Shown: positions 1-13,383, numbered from the stretch's first letter. The stretch: DNA of 64,000 nt from Takakia lepidozioides (GCA_030704615.1 CM060734.1:21266001-21330000), one strand, 5' to 3'. The notes: a model not told the origin generated them from the letters alone. Program-made: numbers and translations.

Positions 1-689
1 CTAATTAAGGTCTCAGCTTGAAGTTAGTAATTTAAGCAATAAGACTGGATGTGCTGGGCCAACAAAGAAAACAACTACGTCACATCCTAGTATGACTTCC
101 CAGTTGAAAATCGATAAGGTGACTAGCCGCCTTCAACTCAAGTACCCCATGCTCGTTACATGGAAAAGATAGAAGAGAACAGAGCAGGGAAGAAAGAAGA
201 AAAAGAAAACAACCAACCAAAACGCTTCTTTACAACGATTTGGCGGTAGCTTAGGAGTGCTAGATTTCCAAGGTCGTTTCCCCTAGCTCGGCGTAAATCT
301 AGGACTGTCTAGGATACCTGAAATTCAGACTCAAGTCTGTCTCTATAGAACTCCAAGTAGGTATAGAGGGTAATCTTATACAAAATAATCAACTATTCGA
401 GGTAGATTTTCTTCACACGGTGCTCACCCGAGCACTAGTCCCAAATTGATGTCGCTGATGGCAGGGTTACACACGTCAGTGACGTCACGTCAGTTTGGAC
501 CTGACGCTAACGCGACCAACGTCACTTCAGTTTTGCAGAAAAATCAGTAAAACATGAGTTAGGTGAAAAATATGCCACGTAGGTGGACACGTTGTATTCC
601 AAGCGACACCTTGGCAAGTGAATGAATTGTTTTATAAATTACTCCATCCGCCAATAGTTGAGGTCATTTTTAAATCATTATTGTTAAAT

Positions 690-1105
690 TGGTGCGACCT
701 CCAAATGGTGGTGGTCGCAGAATTTATCTTATTTTTTAATAGTTGCGACCACCAGCAAAGGGGTTGTCGTAGCATTTTTTGTTTTTTAAAAATAGATGCG
801 ACCACCAGCAGGGGCTCGCATTTTTTTCTTTTCTTAAACAGTTGCGACCACCGCTACTGGTGGTCGCACAATTTTTTATTTATTTATAATAGGTGCGACC
901 ACCATCATGGGGGTGGTCGTAACATTTTTCTATTTTTTAATATCTGCGATCACCAGCATGGGGTGGTTGCAGCATTTTTCTGTTTTTTTTAATAGGTGCG
1001 ACCACCAGCAGGGGGGTGGTCGCAGATTTTTTATTTATTTATTTATTTTTTTGGTTCTTAAAAAATATTCTCTGTGACCACGAGCATGGAGGTGGTCGTA
1101 GAAAT
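690..1105. repeat. Subterminal array of ~8 GC-rich imperfect palindromes (TGCGACCACC-N-GGTGGTCGCA) separated by AT-rich linkers
   Basis: Repeated gcgacc(acc)...ggtggtcgca units about every 55 bp, e.g. 693-720, 843-869, 893-920, 998-1024. Confidence 0.9.
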
Positions 1106-1139
1106 TTTCTATTTATTTAATAGGTGCCTGTGCAGGCAG

Positions 1140-1345
1140 CCCTGGTGTAACATATTTTGACATAGAAAGAAATCAAATACAGGGGCACAAACAGTGTGCG
1201 GCAACGCACACTGTTTCGTGCATCCATCTAAGTGGGTTTGATACACCACATACTGGCCTGGTCTGGTTCATTTTGACATGAGGAACAAGCAAAAAAGAGG
1301 GGTAGAAACAGCGTGCATTGCCGCACACTGTTTCGTGCTTCCATC
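1140..1345. repeat. Two diverged ~123-bp tandem units, each with a stem-loop
   Basis: aaacagtgtgcg-gcaa-cgcacactgttt at 1188-1215 and a related copy at ~1305-1335. Confidence 0.75.
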
Positions 1346-2797
1346 GAGCTGCATTATGACATGGCAGACTGCGCTGGTGTGGTACAGTTTGACATCAAAA
1401 ACAAGCAAAGCAGGGCTAGGTTTTCTTGATACATGGCAGACTGGGCTGCTGAGGTGCATTTTGAAATCAAAGAACAACAAGACGAGGGGCTGTTAGGACA
1501 GACTTGTACATTTCCTTGTGCTGCGTTGGATGTCTCTCCAATCGCAAAAGACCCTTTGCGCTTCGGACTGCTGTCTACGCCGGGTATGTTCTGGAGCATC
1601 TCCGCCATCCTCTTTTCCACTGTCTGCTTCTTCATGAGGCCACCATCAACATCGTCTTCGGCGTCCGTCTCTCCCTCGGATGCGGTCTCCTCCTCACCCG
1701 TTCTCGGCAGTATGGCCGGCTGTTGTTCCTCTCCAAAATCCTACTCTTGCATCGCCAACCTCTCCTCATTGCCCTCATCTTCCTCTTTTCCCTCTTCGTC
1801 TACTACTTCCAACCTCATTCTATCTCTGGCTCTCTTCCTCTCCCTAGTGCTGGTAAAGTAGAACGACTTCCTTCTCTTCTTCCTCCGGTGGAAACAAACA
1901 CTCCCCACGCTGCCTCTAGAGCTCTCCAGTTTGACGTTTGCACCAACGGTTGCTTTGGCATGTATCCAAAATACAATTTGGACATTGTTGACCGTATTTG
2001 GATGCGGGAGTCATCATTATGTGCGAACGGAATTCATCCATTTCTCCGTCTTTGAATTACCCAAAAAATTAAGTGGTGGCACTTCAATTGCCGTTTCGTC
2101 TACTTGTGGGATATGTCAGTTGTACTTCGCCGGCTGCCAGTACACGACAGACTTCTTGCATTCAAAAAAATTGAGAAGCGCCGTAAAAATCCATCGCGAG
2201 TCGAATTTTTTAGAGTACCTTGCACATTGGCAATAATTGTGATGCTTCACACATGCATCCACGTATGTTGTACTGCCTATCCTGTGATTTGCATTTCGCC
2301 GTCACCGGCGCAATGCAGTCATTTCGGCATAAAGCTTGATGTTGGCAATCGTAATGTGTTGCGCACCTTCGTGCCAAGTGTCCCCCTGAGTGTCAGTGTT
2401 TGTGCTGTGCTCTTCTGGCACAACACAAACAAGTTTGACTCGGGGTATCCTGTTTATTGGACTCGTGGGGCCGTTGCCGTCTTTCCATAATGGATGTCTT
2501 CATATCCTTTGCAGGGTTTGCTTTTCATCCAAACACAATACGGCTTCTTGTGGCTTCTTGTCTTTGAAGACAATTTTTCTAGTTGGCGTCTCTCAGTGTG
2601 GCCGACTGCGGAGTTCGGTGCAGACTTTCGCCGTGCATGTCATTCTTACATCCGTTGCCTGCATCGCCCGCAGTCTTTGGGTCAGTGCTACCCTTATTCA
2701 CCTCAATTCGTTTGGGGTGGATCCCCTTTCGAGAATTACGGGCTATCAGTTCGGGGGACCCTTTGTGGATTGCAACTTTGGGTCAGTGTAGGAAAAC

Positions 2798-5700
2798 ATG
2801 TCCAGGGAGGGAGACAGACTTGCTCGATTTCATTCCAATGCATGTAGTCTTCCACTGACTGCCACTGCAGATGACGATGGGTTTGCAGTTGTTCATGAGG
2901 ATGAGCTGGTTACAGTGTTCCCTCTGGAATTGGGTTCTCTGCTTGTTCAAAAAGAGGTGTATGACGAGGATGAGAATTTGGATTCTGGACACTTGGAGAA
3001 ACCATTGGTTGGCGAGTGTGGAAGGAAGTGGAGAGTCCTTCCAGGCACATACCGGGTCCTTGGAAAAGAGAGAAGACAATCAGCAGGATCAGTAGTTACC
3101 CCTGGCACTGTAACATCGGTTGTGCAGCAGAAGGGCACAGTTCATGTGAAACAAGAGGTGAGCGCATCCACTACATTCGTGACTCTTTCAGACTCGTCCT
3201 CGGAGGATGTCTTTGAGATTCCTCCGCCAGTGCAGACTCCATTCTTGGATGATGACGAATTGCAGGAGATAACGAGTGTCATTCCGAAATTGAAAGCCCT
3301 TGCAGGGGTGCCTGGGTGCAAGAGTGAGTTGCGTTTTGCTGATTGGGAGTCCCTTCCGGTGTAGCGGGTTCAATATGTGCCAGCAGAGTTTGACGGGGAC
3401 ATCTTGTTTGAGCTCAACCCTCCCACGTCTTCCAGTGGACTAGCTGGGCTTATGCAGGGATGGACAAGAAACATGACGGACACCCTTGTTGCAGGACAAA
3501 AACATCGAACATCCACAACGACATTGGATTGAAATCTCGAAGGTCGGTTTGCGTTGGGCATTGCAAGTGCGTGAATATTTCTTGCCCTCGCCTGAGAAAC
3601 AGCGCTAAACCAAACGAAAGTGAGTGGGAAGGTGTGCCCCTGAATCCTTTCACCCCAGGGCTTGCCCCTCCCAAGACCAATACTTTTGTGTGCAGGTTCT
3701 GCAAACTTGCCCCCTCCTGTGTTTCTGTGTGCCACGCTCGTATGTACCAGGTGACACACCGATGCAAGACAATGACTCGTGCCTGCATTCATATGGGTAC
3801 ACTCGAGCATCCTGTGTCGAAGGGAAGTTGCAGGGATAGCGTGGACATCGCTACAAATCTGCTGAAGCAGGAGTTCCACAATGCCCCTTGTGCAACACCT
3901 TTTGGTATAGCGCTTGCAACTAGCAATGCATTCATGGAAAAACACATACTGGGTGAAGGGGATGCGACACAACCAATGCTGGATGCAGATTCACTTGATG
4001 CAGTGATGGACCATTTCTCTGTGTTGAGCTCTCCCAATATTCGAAACCAGGTGAATGCACTTAGAATGGGCACATGCAGTGCTGGATTCATGGACAACAT
4101 TATGGACCTTAAACGGAGGAGTCGCTATGAATTCATTCAAAACAGTATCTTCCCTGACCAGGGTTCGTCCAAGGTGTATGTGTTCAAGATGTCCACAGTG
4201 GGCGAAGGCAGTGGTGTGAGCATAGTCCGCCGAATGCAACCTGGAGGAGATTTGGCAAAATGTTGGTTAATGTTTGATCACTGCAAACGGGTGAAGGGTT
4301 GGACAACCATGGCGTGCCATGTGTACGATCCAGCGTGCCAGCGTGTGCTCTCCATAGCAATTTGTGATATGCAGTCGGAGGACACTGAATCCCAGATGCT
4401 CATGTGGAATTCTCTCCTGGCCGTCATGCAGCGCAATGGAATGCAGAACACAAATTTTGCGGGCTTCATGGCTGATAGTGCACAGGCAAATTTCAATGCA
4501 GTGCGGCGCGTCTTTGGTTCGGGGGATCTTAAGGTCCCAATGGAAAATAGGGAGCGCACATGCCTCTTCCATTGGAGTCAATCTCTGGCACGTCATACAA
4601 AGCGCTGCATTCGCCCTGACCTTCAGTTGAAGCACAGAAGGCTCTGCCTCAAGTACAAAAATGCCACCTCAATGGGAGAAGCTGAGAGCACTTACCAAGC
4701 AATCCGGGCTTGGTGGTTATCCTCTGGTGCTGCTACTGGTATCCACCTGAAGGAGTTGGAGGACTGGTTGGTTTTCTGGCACTTCAGGTACAGACAGTGG
4801 GGAGCTTTCATGACGGCGGTAAGCCTCTTCAATCCCAGAAACACAAATTTCACTTTGCATCGTGCCTGTTCCTTTGGGGTTGTTGGATTGTCACTTGCAG
4901 AACCTCTTCCATTTCCTTTCGTTCCTCACATTTGCATGCAATGTCTCCTGCAGGACATGTTCTTGGAGGACTTGGCCGACATGCCTTCCTGTAATTTGGC
5001 GGAGACTGTTCACAACGCCTGGATGCAGCAGTCTACCAAAGCAGGACGTGACTTGTATGTGGCCACTGCAGATGACATGGTGCGGGCACTTACACAACAA
5101 ACCAGGTACTGCAATTTTCTGATGGGACGGGGCGGAGGCAAGGGCCCTGATACGACTTTGTTGATGCTAAGGGCTGCGAGCAGGTCCGGAGACCCATCGA
5201 AGATGGCCAGAGCTCTGAACAGGTGCACTGAAGGCTCACCTTTGCAATCCAGGGTCCCCCATTTGGAAGGCGAAGAAACATTTGGATCATGCAAAAGGAA
5301 ATTGAACACTCCTCCAGGGTCGGATGGAAATTCCCATCGGCCGGACAGGGTCAATTTCTTTGTACCAAAGGTGTCTCCGGTGCAGATTAAGTCGTGTGCC
5401 CGCCCCTTCCTAGGTGGGTCCTCTTCCAGTGGAGCAGGTGCAAATCATGCAAGCACAACAACAAGAATCGCATTGGAGGAGGTGGTGTCCTTGGTGCATG
5501 AATCTGATTGCATTGACAGTGAGTGGCATATAGAACGCACCCCACCAGGATCTAGAGTGGCTTGCATGGCAATTCGGACCCCCTCTTTCAAGAAATGCAA
5601 ATAAAAAATATGCAAAGGCTCCAGGGGGACTCCAGCTCCAACATTCACAGGGTTGTTCCGACCTTATCATAGTGGGGAGTCAAAGGACCACAAGTTCTGG

Positions 5701-6278
5701 TTTTGCCCAGACGATATGGCACAATGCGTCAAGGGAACAGTTCGTCCTTCGGTGATAATGAAGCCCCCTCCGCCCGCAATTTGGCCTGTGAAACTTGGGA
5801 CGTCGCTGTCATCAACCGAGATAAGCATGTTGGAGGAGAGAGGGTTCCGTCTTGCACGGTCCCGGGTGGTGCCCTCATGCACTCTGGGCACAGATATGCC
5901 ACATGCTCCAGCAATGCCTCCACCCGGTGCCGACTCCCACCCAACAAAAAGAGATGGAAAAACAGTGCGCCGTGTCGCTTCGGGTGTAGATCACGACTGC
6001 AAGATGGAATCGGCTAGAATTTTGCAGGCTCGGGTGACTCGTATCACCGAAGTCCCTGCCCCGGGGTATGGACGGATTTTGTAACGATGCGTGAGGGCGC
6101 TCTCGGCATGAGAGGGAAGTGGGTCCCCTACAAGCATCAATATTACATAAACCTTGTAATTATGTGCTGCGACGGTAAGAGAGACCAATTCATTCACCAA
6201 GCCACACTAGGCTACGGAGAAATCATCACCCTTTTGCAGCGGGACACCTCGCGTAGGGCTCCGCCAGATTCTCTTTGA
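2798..6278 (+). pseudogene. MULE/Mutator-family DDE transposase with C-terminal SWIM zinc-finger remnant
   Basis: ORFs 2798-3364, 3460-5604, 5653-6084 and 6087-6278 are collinear pieces separated by stops and frameshifts. Motifs: WLMFDH (D1), FMADSAQANFNAV (D2), CLFHW (CxxH), NLAETVHN (E), and SWIM-like GKWVPYKHQYYI. Confidence 0.8.
4819..4953 (+). other. Probable phase-0 GT-AG intron (135 nt, in frame) within the MULE transposase
   Basis: GCG|GTAAGC donor and pyrimidine-rich ...TCTCCTGCAG|GAC acceptor. The read-through peptide looks non-coding; splicing joins FMTA to DMFLEDL. Confidence 0.7.
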
Positions 6279-6905
6279 ACACATACGAGCCATGCCTACT
6301 TCCCATGTTGGTTTCCAGGTTATCGTGTGAAGACTTTGCATTCAGGACAAACACATACATTTCGTTCACGGAACCAGGGCAAATGCACATGCCATTCATT
6401 GTAAACGTCTATCTGTGAGTTGAAATAAAATGTGTCAATCATTCTGAGCTCAATTCTGCCATATTTTCATATTCCTCTTTTTGTGCAGGCATTGCAAACA
6501 TGGTGCATGGTAGCCCCCTTTGTTTTGTCCACGATAATAGGCCCTCTTCTTGCAATCCTCGTCTATAGGACCTGCTTCTCCAACAGATTTGTGCCGCTCA
6601 TGCTTCCCTGAAACATGAGTTCACCTCACGCTTTGCAGCTACAACGTGAGCTTACCTCCCAAGCTCACGAGGCTGGGCTCACGCCGTAGCTACACTGGGG
6701 ACTTGTGGTACAACCCTCCATGTTCATGCATCCTATCCGACTATGCGGAGGCCATTGCTCATCAACAAAGTTTCATGTTATCTCCCCCATGAGCACAACA
6801 GGCACCTCGGTGCTCAGGTTTACGTCAATGATACTGCACAGGTTTCAGGGGATAGTTCTAGTGACTGAAATACCAATTTCATCATTTTTGGGGGTCTCGT
6901 GATAT

Positions 6906-8559
6906 TCAGAGTTTTAGACATTTTGTGTCCCTCCAAAATTTTGTAATAAAATTTGTGCCTGTTCGTGGTAATGTCGTTAAAAGATGGTTTCTCATCATCA
7001 TCCTCAATTGGACAGAAAGGCATATTATCAACACCACAAAATGGAATTCACCATACATGCACTCTCTTTTGTGCCATTTAGCAAAGTCATCCTTTGGGCA
7101 CACCACAGATTCCCACATAGTAGTAATTCGATTGAAGATGGTTGCTGCACCCATGCAGCCATTTCCATCATCTGTCTGACATACCTCTTCACAATCACAA
7201 TGACAATCAAAACCGGAATGAATACCAGACTTGGCACGCATGTTGTTGAAGCCCAATCGCAGTTCCTCCATTTCCACATGGTAGATGTAACAACAGACAT
7301 TCATGTCCTTCATTCGCTTGACAAAAAAAGGTTTCAGTCCATCAAAAGATCGTTTGCCAATTATCACGTTGGGGTATGCTCTTTGAAAGCGCAAATAGAA
7401 ATCCATCTACACATGCAATACAACGGTTAAATGGAAGTCCAAAACTTCATGTGGAATCAGAAAGACTCCAGCCCTAATCCAGGAACTTCCACAGTGGCCA
7501 CCACTACCCAATTTTCCACATATGTCTATGTGGAATACTCCCTAATCCATGACTGTCCATGACAAGTCAAGGTGAAGACACGACAACACACAAAGTGCAT
7601 GAGGAGTCCATACGCAGTCCTAGACATTCAATAATTCACAAAGCATCACAAATCAAATCCAGTCAGAATCCACCTACAGTCCTTGACATTCCACAATTGC
7701 AATCTGGCTGCCCATCATGGACAGCCAGTCCCTAGTTTCCACATTAGTAGGCAAGCACTACTAAGGAAATCCAAGCATCTCCACAATTGGAACTATGAAC
7801 CTCATGTAGGACATTGTGTATATGCTGCATTCCAAAAACTTGCACAAATCCAAAGATTTCCTTCAGACTGGCACATAAGTCCTTTTCCTCGTAATGAAAT
7901 GCTTTGAGCCGCTTTCTTGTGACATCGTTTCTGTTGGGACTGACTTGAGTTTGAGACCACCACCATGAAACCACCAATTCTTTAGTGGCATCTGAAATAA
8001 CGTCATATCTCATCTTTCTCAAAGACAGAGTCCAGCAAATTTGGCCACTTCCATTCAGCAGCTTCTGCCACTCCACTGCTCCACTAACATTGCGATGATG
8101 GATCCCCAAAACCTGAGCCTTGGATAGCAGGGAAGTTCTACACCCCCCTCTCACAACCGCATTAAGAAGCGCATGCTTGCTAGCTAAGGTAGATGCAAAC
8201 TTAGCCATTTTCAACTCAGACAGGGATTTTGTCAGGCCATCTATGACCTCCTGCTGTGTTTGAATGATCTTAGGATCTTGAACATAATCAGGTAACATTG
8301 GGGAGATTGTAGGGTGTGAAAGGACCTTTTCCAAGACAAGTGTCTTACTTGCAGGTCCAGGGAAGATTGCCAAAGTCTTCAAAATGCAGTCGGCAATGAG
8401 TCGTGCGGCCCTTCTAACCTCCCTTTCCAAGACAACTTCCTCCACACTGTCACCCAATGATGCACAGTGGTTCGGTTGAACTGACTCAGAATGTTTGCGG
8501 GCCCTATAACGACGTTGGCTCTCCCGTTTTCGCTCGTCGAAAGCGCGGATTCTTTGCAA
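6906..8559 (-). pseudogene. DNA-transposase remnant, two exon-like segments (Sola2-like, tentative)
   Basis: 7744-8559 ends in ...VVSWWWSQTQVSPNRNDVTRKR. 6906-7406 has FYLRFQRAYPNVIIGKRSFDGLKPFFVK...CCYIYH and Cys clusters, resembling the N-terminal part of such transposases. Catalytic core not seen. Confidence 0.5.
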
Positions 8560-10899
8560 TACCAGCGCGGCATCTTTAGTCCTCTGCGCAGGCCCAGGCC
8601 TGTAAACCCTAGATGACTGCTATGATCCTCTGACTTGAGGAACCATTCACCCGCACCCAGTTCATGAAACCTGCAAGTGAAGAACACACATAACATTAAA
8701 GGACATTTGATCGCAATAGAAGCAAGTAGATATGAGAACACACATATACACAGAAGTGGTTTCCCAATCCCCAACTCCTACTGCTCGGACAAAGCTCTAA
8801 TGCTTGTAATGCTTCGATGCGTAGCCACCGCGGGTTGTCTGCAACACTTGCATCAACCATGCCTGGAATCCATGACCCATTCTTGAATCAAAAGCCTGCC
8901 AGAAAACAACTCGATGACATTAGATTAGGGATTGCAAACATCAGTGCATGTGAAAAGGAACATGCCAACTCATAATAGCAAAGATAGCAAGCCGAAGCCA
9001 CCTGTATGCCATGAAGAGGTCCCTCTTGCAGAATCCACCAGCCTCCAATGTGGAGGTATGTTTTAAGGTCTCCTTCAGCAGTATGTCTCAGGCATAACGT
9101 CCAATTCTCAAATGTGGCTGATATCATCTGAGGTGAATAAGGAAGAATGTTGATGCCCCACGGATGTGTGGCTTCCAAAACCTTGTACAGTATAAGATCG
9201 CCATGCCGAGGCCCATCATGCAAAGCCAAGGAAGGGGTTCTAGAGCAAATGTGGGCTTCGACTGGAAAGGTCCGTTGGAGGCAGTTCCACATATGCTCAA
9301 GTCATTCATTGTAAAGCTCATTCCAGCTCTACCTCTTCAGCACTCAAGTACTCTTCATCAGCATCGTGAACCAACATCACGATACAATAGCACTCACCCA
9401 ACACACTCTCGCTATACACGGCGGACAGTAGAAGAGAGACAGCAAAGTCCGAGAGATGGATTCAAGCACACGACAAAGTGCAACAGACGAGAGAGAACGC
9501 ACGCACAAGAGTGGGAACTACAACCCGATGAATGGGTTCCGTCCATCTCTCTCATCGAGAATTCAAAATCGCGTATGTCAGGAAAAAAAACAAATTACAA
9601 AAATACAAAAACCGACACGTCACCTCATATGAAACTATGTCGACCTGCAATTTTGCAGCGGATTTGTCCATTTGGCAATGAGCCATTGGAGAGCATCCTT
9701 TTATATACCCTTTTAGTAAAGGTAACCACCCCAAAAAATAAAATCAGAGTACACCATGGACTTGGCAAAATAAATCACCTTGTTGGGACATATATTAGTC
9801 CATAGGAGCCAAATGGAGAGGGATTTTGCCACTTCAAATCCATATCTATGATGTGGACCAAAATGGCCACCTTATGTCCAAATTTCAATGGAATTGACCA
9901 ATGGCGCATAGGACTTCTTGGATCCATTGTAATTGCGGAAACAAGTCCACTATATGGTCTTCAAAAGTCCATAACCTTGTCATTTCTTATCGGATTCATG
10001 ATTGGAGAGTTGCTATGGGTATGTATTGAAGCTAGGAATCCAATGGCATATATATTTGTTGGTTTTAATGAGTTAATTCAAAAAAATTGATGATACCATC
10101 AATCGTAGTCATCTAAAACTGTGCCGATAACGTCTATTTTGGTCTAGTCATTCCTGCATTCACCCGACTACAGGGGTTGGACGACAGCCAGATTGCAAAG
10201 GTTGCCATCATATTATTTAGGAACAAAGTGTCGATGCGTCATCCATACACTAGGCATGACAGCGATGTTCTGAGTCTGGAGGATTATTGCAAATACAAGA
10301 AGTTTAAAGGAGGCACATTATTGATGATATAAGGAGCCGACGAAGGACAACTGACATCCATACACAAAGGCTGAGTGGCAGACCATCAAGCATAGGTACG
10401 AAATCAACAAGGCCCAGTTTGTGCACTTTAAGAATGTTCTCGGGGACATCTACCTTGATGCGAAACTGAAGGCAACTACGGGAAAGCAGAAACAACCCAT
10501 TCAATTTGTGAATTTAATTAAAGCCATGAAAATGCTTGCGGAGTCGACCGGAGGTTCATATAAGAGTTTACAATGTGTGCGAGATTGGGAACAAGGCTCG
10601 GGATATTGGGACGCTGACAATGTTCGCCATAAAAACATTTGAAGTTGTTTCGCTCATCATGATCAGCACATTGAATGAGCTACCAGACAAGATTGAGCCT
10701 TGGACGGAAAATGAGTTCACGGACCTCTTCAATGACATGAGGTCAAGAAAAATCAGGACCAACGTATTCTGTGTCATCACGGATACTGATAGTTCTCGTG
10801 AGCTGATGGCGTACATTCATTCTTCAAATGAGAAATTCTTTATAAAGACAAGCTTCTACATTCCATCGAAGAGGGAGACTTCATACCAGTCATTACTGG

Positions 10900-11290
10900 T
10901 TCAAGACATGCAAAAAGCAAGGTATCTTGGGATGAAAAAAAGATAGATTGCTGCAACCCTGCCATACTAGTCATAAATACCCCAAGACATGTCTTCAAAC
11001 AAACATCTTGGGCATGACAAAACAGGTTGTTGCATCCTACCTAACCAGCCTTTTATTACACCAGGACATGCATCAAGCAAGACATCTTGGGTATATGGAC
11101 CAGCCTGCAATTTTTCAGATTCAAGACATGTATCCAAGCAGCTCACTTGGGCATGACAAAACAGATTGCAGCATTCTACCATACCATTCGTAATTACCCC
11201 AAGACATGCATCATGCAAAGTATCTTGGGGTATGTAAAATCAGCCTGCAATATACAGATTCAAGACATGTACTTCACACAAGCATCTTGA
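10900..11290. repeat. Six CAAGACATG-N~13-CATCTTG(G) inverted-repeat units at 60-80 bp spacing
   Basis: Units begin near 10902, 10983, 11062, 11122, 11200 and 11261. Confidence 0.8.
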
Positions 11291-12654
11291 GCACCTGAGA
11301 TCCGGCCCTCTTGGCTAATAAATCCTTAAGTTGCAGGTCACGGGCCTGATGTCATGACAAAGGCCAAAGTCATTGGCACGAGTCCACTAAGGCCTACCAC
11401 CACCGTTTTTTCAAGAGGCTTATGCTAGGGTTTGCAAAAGCACCTCACTATGATCCATTACATACCAAATCCACGTCTGAAACAAGGCAGGGCAGTGCCT
11501 TATCAGGCTACCGCCAAGAAATTCAAGGCTACCTCGTCCATAGAATCACAAAGTCACTGAAGCCTTACCCATAAAACACAGATTCTCTAGGCCATAAAAT
11601 CAAAACCTAGCTTAGTAATCCACAGGCACTGCTGTCAAGGATCACAAGACAAGGTAAGGTCTGGATGCAGGGCTTCAGGAGACATGCATGACAGGCCGAG
11701 ATGCCCCACCAATGGCAGCAAAACATAAGCAAAAAAGAAGCTGCAACATGCCAAACCAAGAGCAGACGGACCGAATTCGGGGCTGCAGCCAGCAGCCAGA
11801 TCAAGACGCCACAACACAAAATGCCCCTCTGCCCACATCCACATCTGCATGCTCAAGCAAATTCAAAGCAAGTGAGGATCCTCACTGGTCCCATCACAAG
11901 CCCCCACAAAAATCAACAGATTGTTGAGGATTGTGGAACCCCAGGTGAATCACAGACCCTCACACTTGTTATCGATGCCAACTAAGAACTTAAAAAACAA
12001 GAGATGAAGACAAAAACAGAAGGAGTCCTAGTCACCAAAAGCACCTTGAGCGATTGGAGAAAAGAGTTGTGCGCCATTACCACCAGCGAGCCGTCTCCAA
12101 CAAAGCAAAGACGCAATGAGGCATACAAGCAATCTTGCAAGGTTAAGAAGGGGAGGGAGAAAGACTTCCTACCATAGGCACCGCTGCAAAAATTAAAGGC
12201 CAGAGGAGGGAACACAACAAAGCATTCATAGCTTTGTCTCCCGCATGTAGGAGGGACCAAGCGCCGCCATTGCGCATCCCCAGGAAATCGCTCAGCACGG
12301 GTACCATGCAGCCAACAGGGCAGCAGCAAAAACGCAGACGCCATAATGCTCCCCCCGCGAGCTTAGAAGCACAGCTTCTGATGGCGGGAGAGACAACTTA
12401 GGGCATTTGCCCGATTTTTCATCCGCATAGGATGAAAAATAGTCATAACATCCCTCAAACCCGACGGATTCCATCCGTAACTAGGTTAAAAAATAGTTTT
12501 AAGGGTTGGGGTTAGGGTTTCACACCGTAATTAACCATAATTAGGGGTAGTTAAGATCAGATCAGGGCCATAAACAGGTGCACCTATCATCCGGTTCAGA
12601 TGATAGAGACAAAAAATCATCCATGAGCTCGTCCATTGGAAACATCATCCAGCA

Positions 12655-13381
12655 TGTCGCGGCCCCTTGCCTTGAGAGCAGGGGGTCGGGACACATGAGG
12701 GGCTGCCCCTGTGGTGGGGGCAGCGGTAGCGATAGGTATGGGGGGCTGAAGCACCCTTGAGTGCCCAAGGCACTCAGGGAAGCGGAGGCGCTCACTAGGT
12801 GGAGCCCCGCACACCGGGTTGCGGTGGGGGTGGCTCCACAAGGGGTGGTGGTAGCTTAGTGGGACTTAGTGGGGGTGGCATAGGACTCACCATGGGGGCG
12901 GAGACCTCGTGGTGGGAGTTGTGGGGAGTCTTGGGACTCATCACGGTCCATAGGGGCCGTGGTGAGCGGGCCAAGACTCACCGCGACTCACCACCGGGAA
13001 TCGAGGGTCTTCGTGGTGGTTCGCCATAAAATGGCATGGCTGGTTGTGAAACCCCCGCGGACAGCTACAGAAGTATATATAGGGAGTAGTAACCCCGAGA
13101 ACGGTGCAAGCCCGTTGGTGACCAAAAACTAGTGAGTGAGCGAGCGAGCCGGAAAGCGACCAAAGAGTGGGGAGCTGTTCCGGACTGCCAACTACCAAAG
13201 GGAATTCCCGCTAGTTCCAAATCGGTGGAGGGTTCTTTGGGAGAACAAAGGGGGACCGTTATGCCCCGGTGAGCAGCCGAAGCTCCAAGTTGGCCCGGCG
13301 GCCAGGTTGGGAGTCAGGCGCGCGCATCAAAGCGAGTAACTATGACTTGAAGGGGAGCTTACCGAAGTGAGGTGCGCGATA
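12655..13381 (+). repeat. 5' LTR of chromovirus copy 1
   Basis: TGTCGCGG...GCGCGATA; about four substitutions versus 18780-19506 by eye. Confidence 0.97.
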
Positions 13382-13383
13382 CT

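Larger units (their letters stand above)
440..6480 (+). mobile_element. Decayed Mutator-like (MULE) DNA transposon: left end plus transposase; right end not found
   Basis: GTCACGTCAG/CTGACG-rich terminus at ~440-590, similar to the TIR end at 30984->30810. Followed by a hairpin array and a MULE-type transposase with a SWIM remnant. Boundaries approximate. Confidence 0.7.

Noticed and set aside
1-440. Possible LTR remnant at the window start
   Set aside because: No partner repeat, PBS or PPT visible in the window.
690-1105. CRISPR-like array, and ORF 618-992
   Set aside because: Degenerate hairpins with poly-T linkers; the ORF is simply the translated repeat.
12562-13340. Short ORFs repeated at ~18620-19495, ~46680-47150 and ~52000-52800
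   Set aside because: Spurious frames within GC-rich LTR copies.
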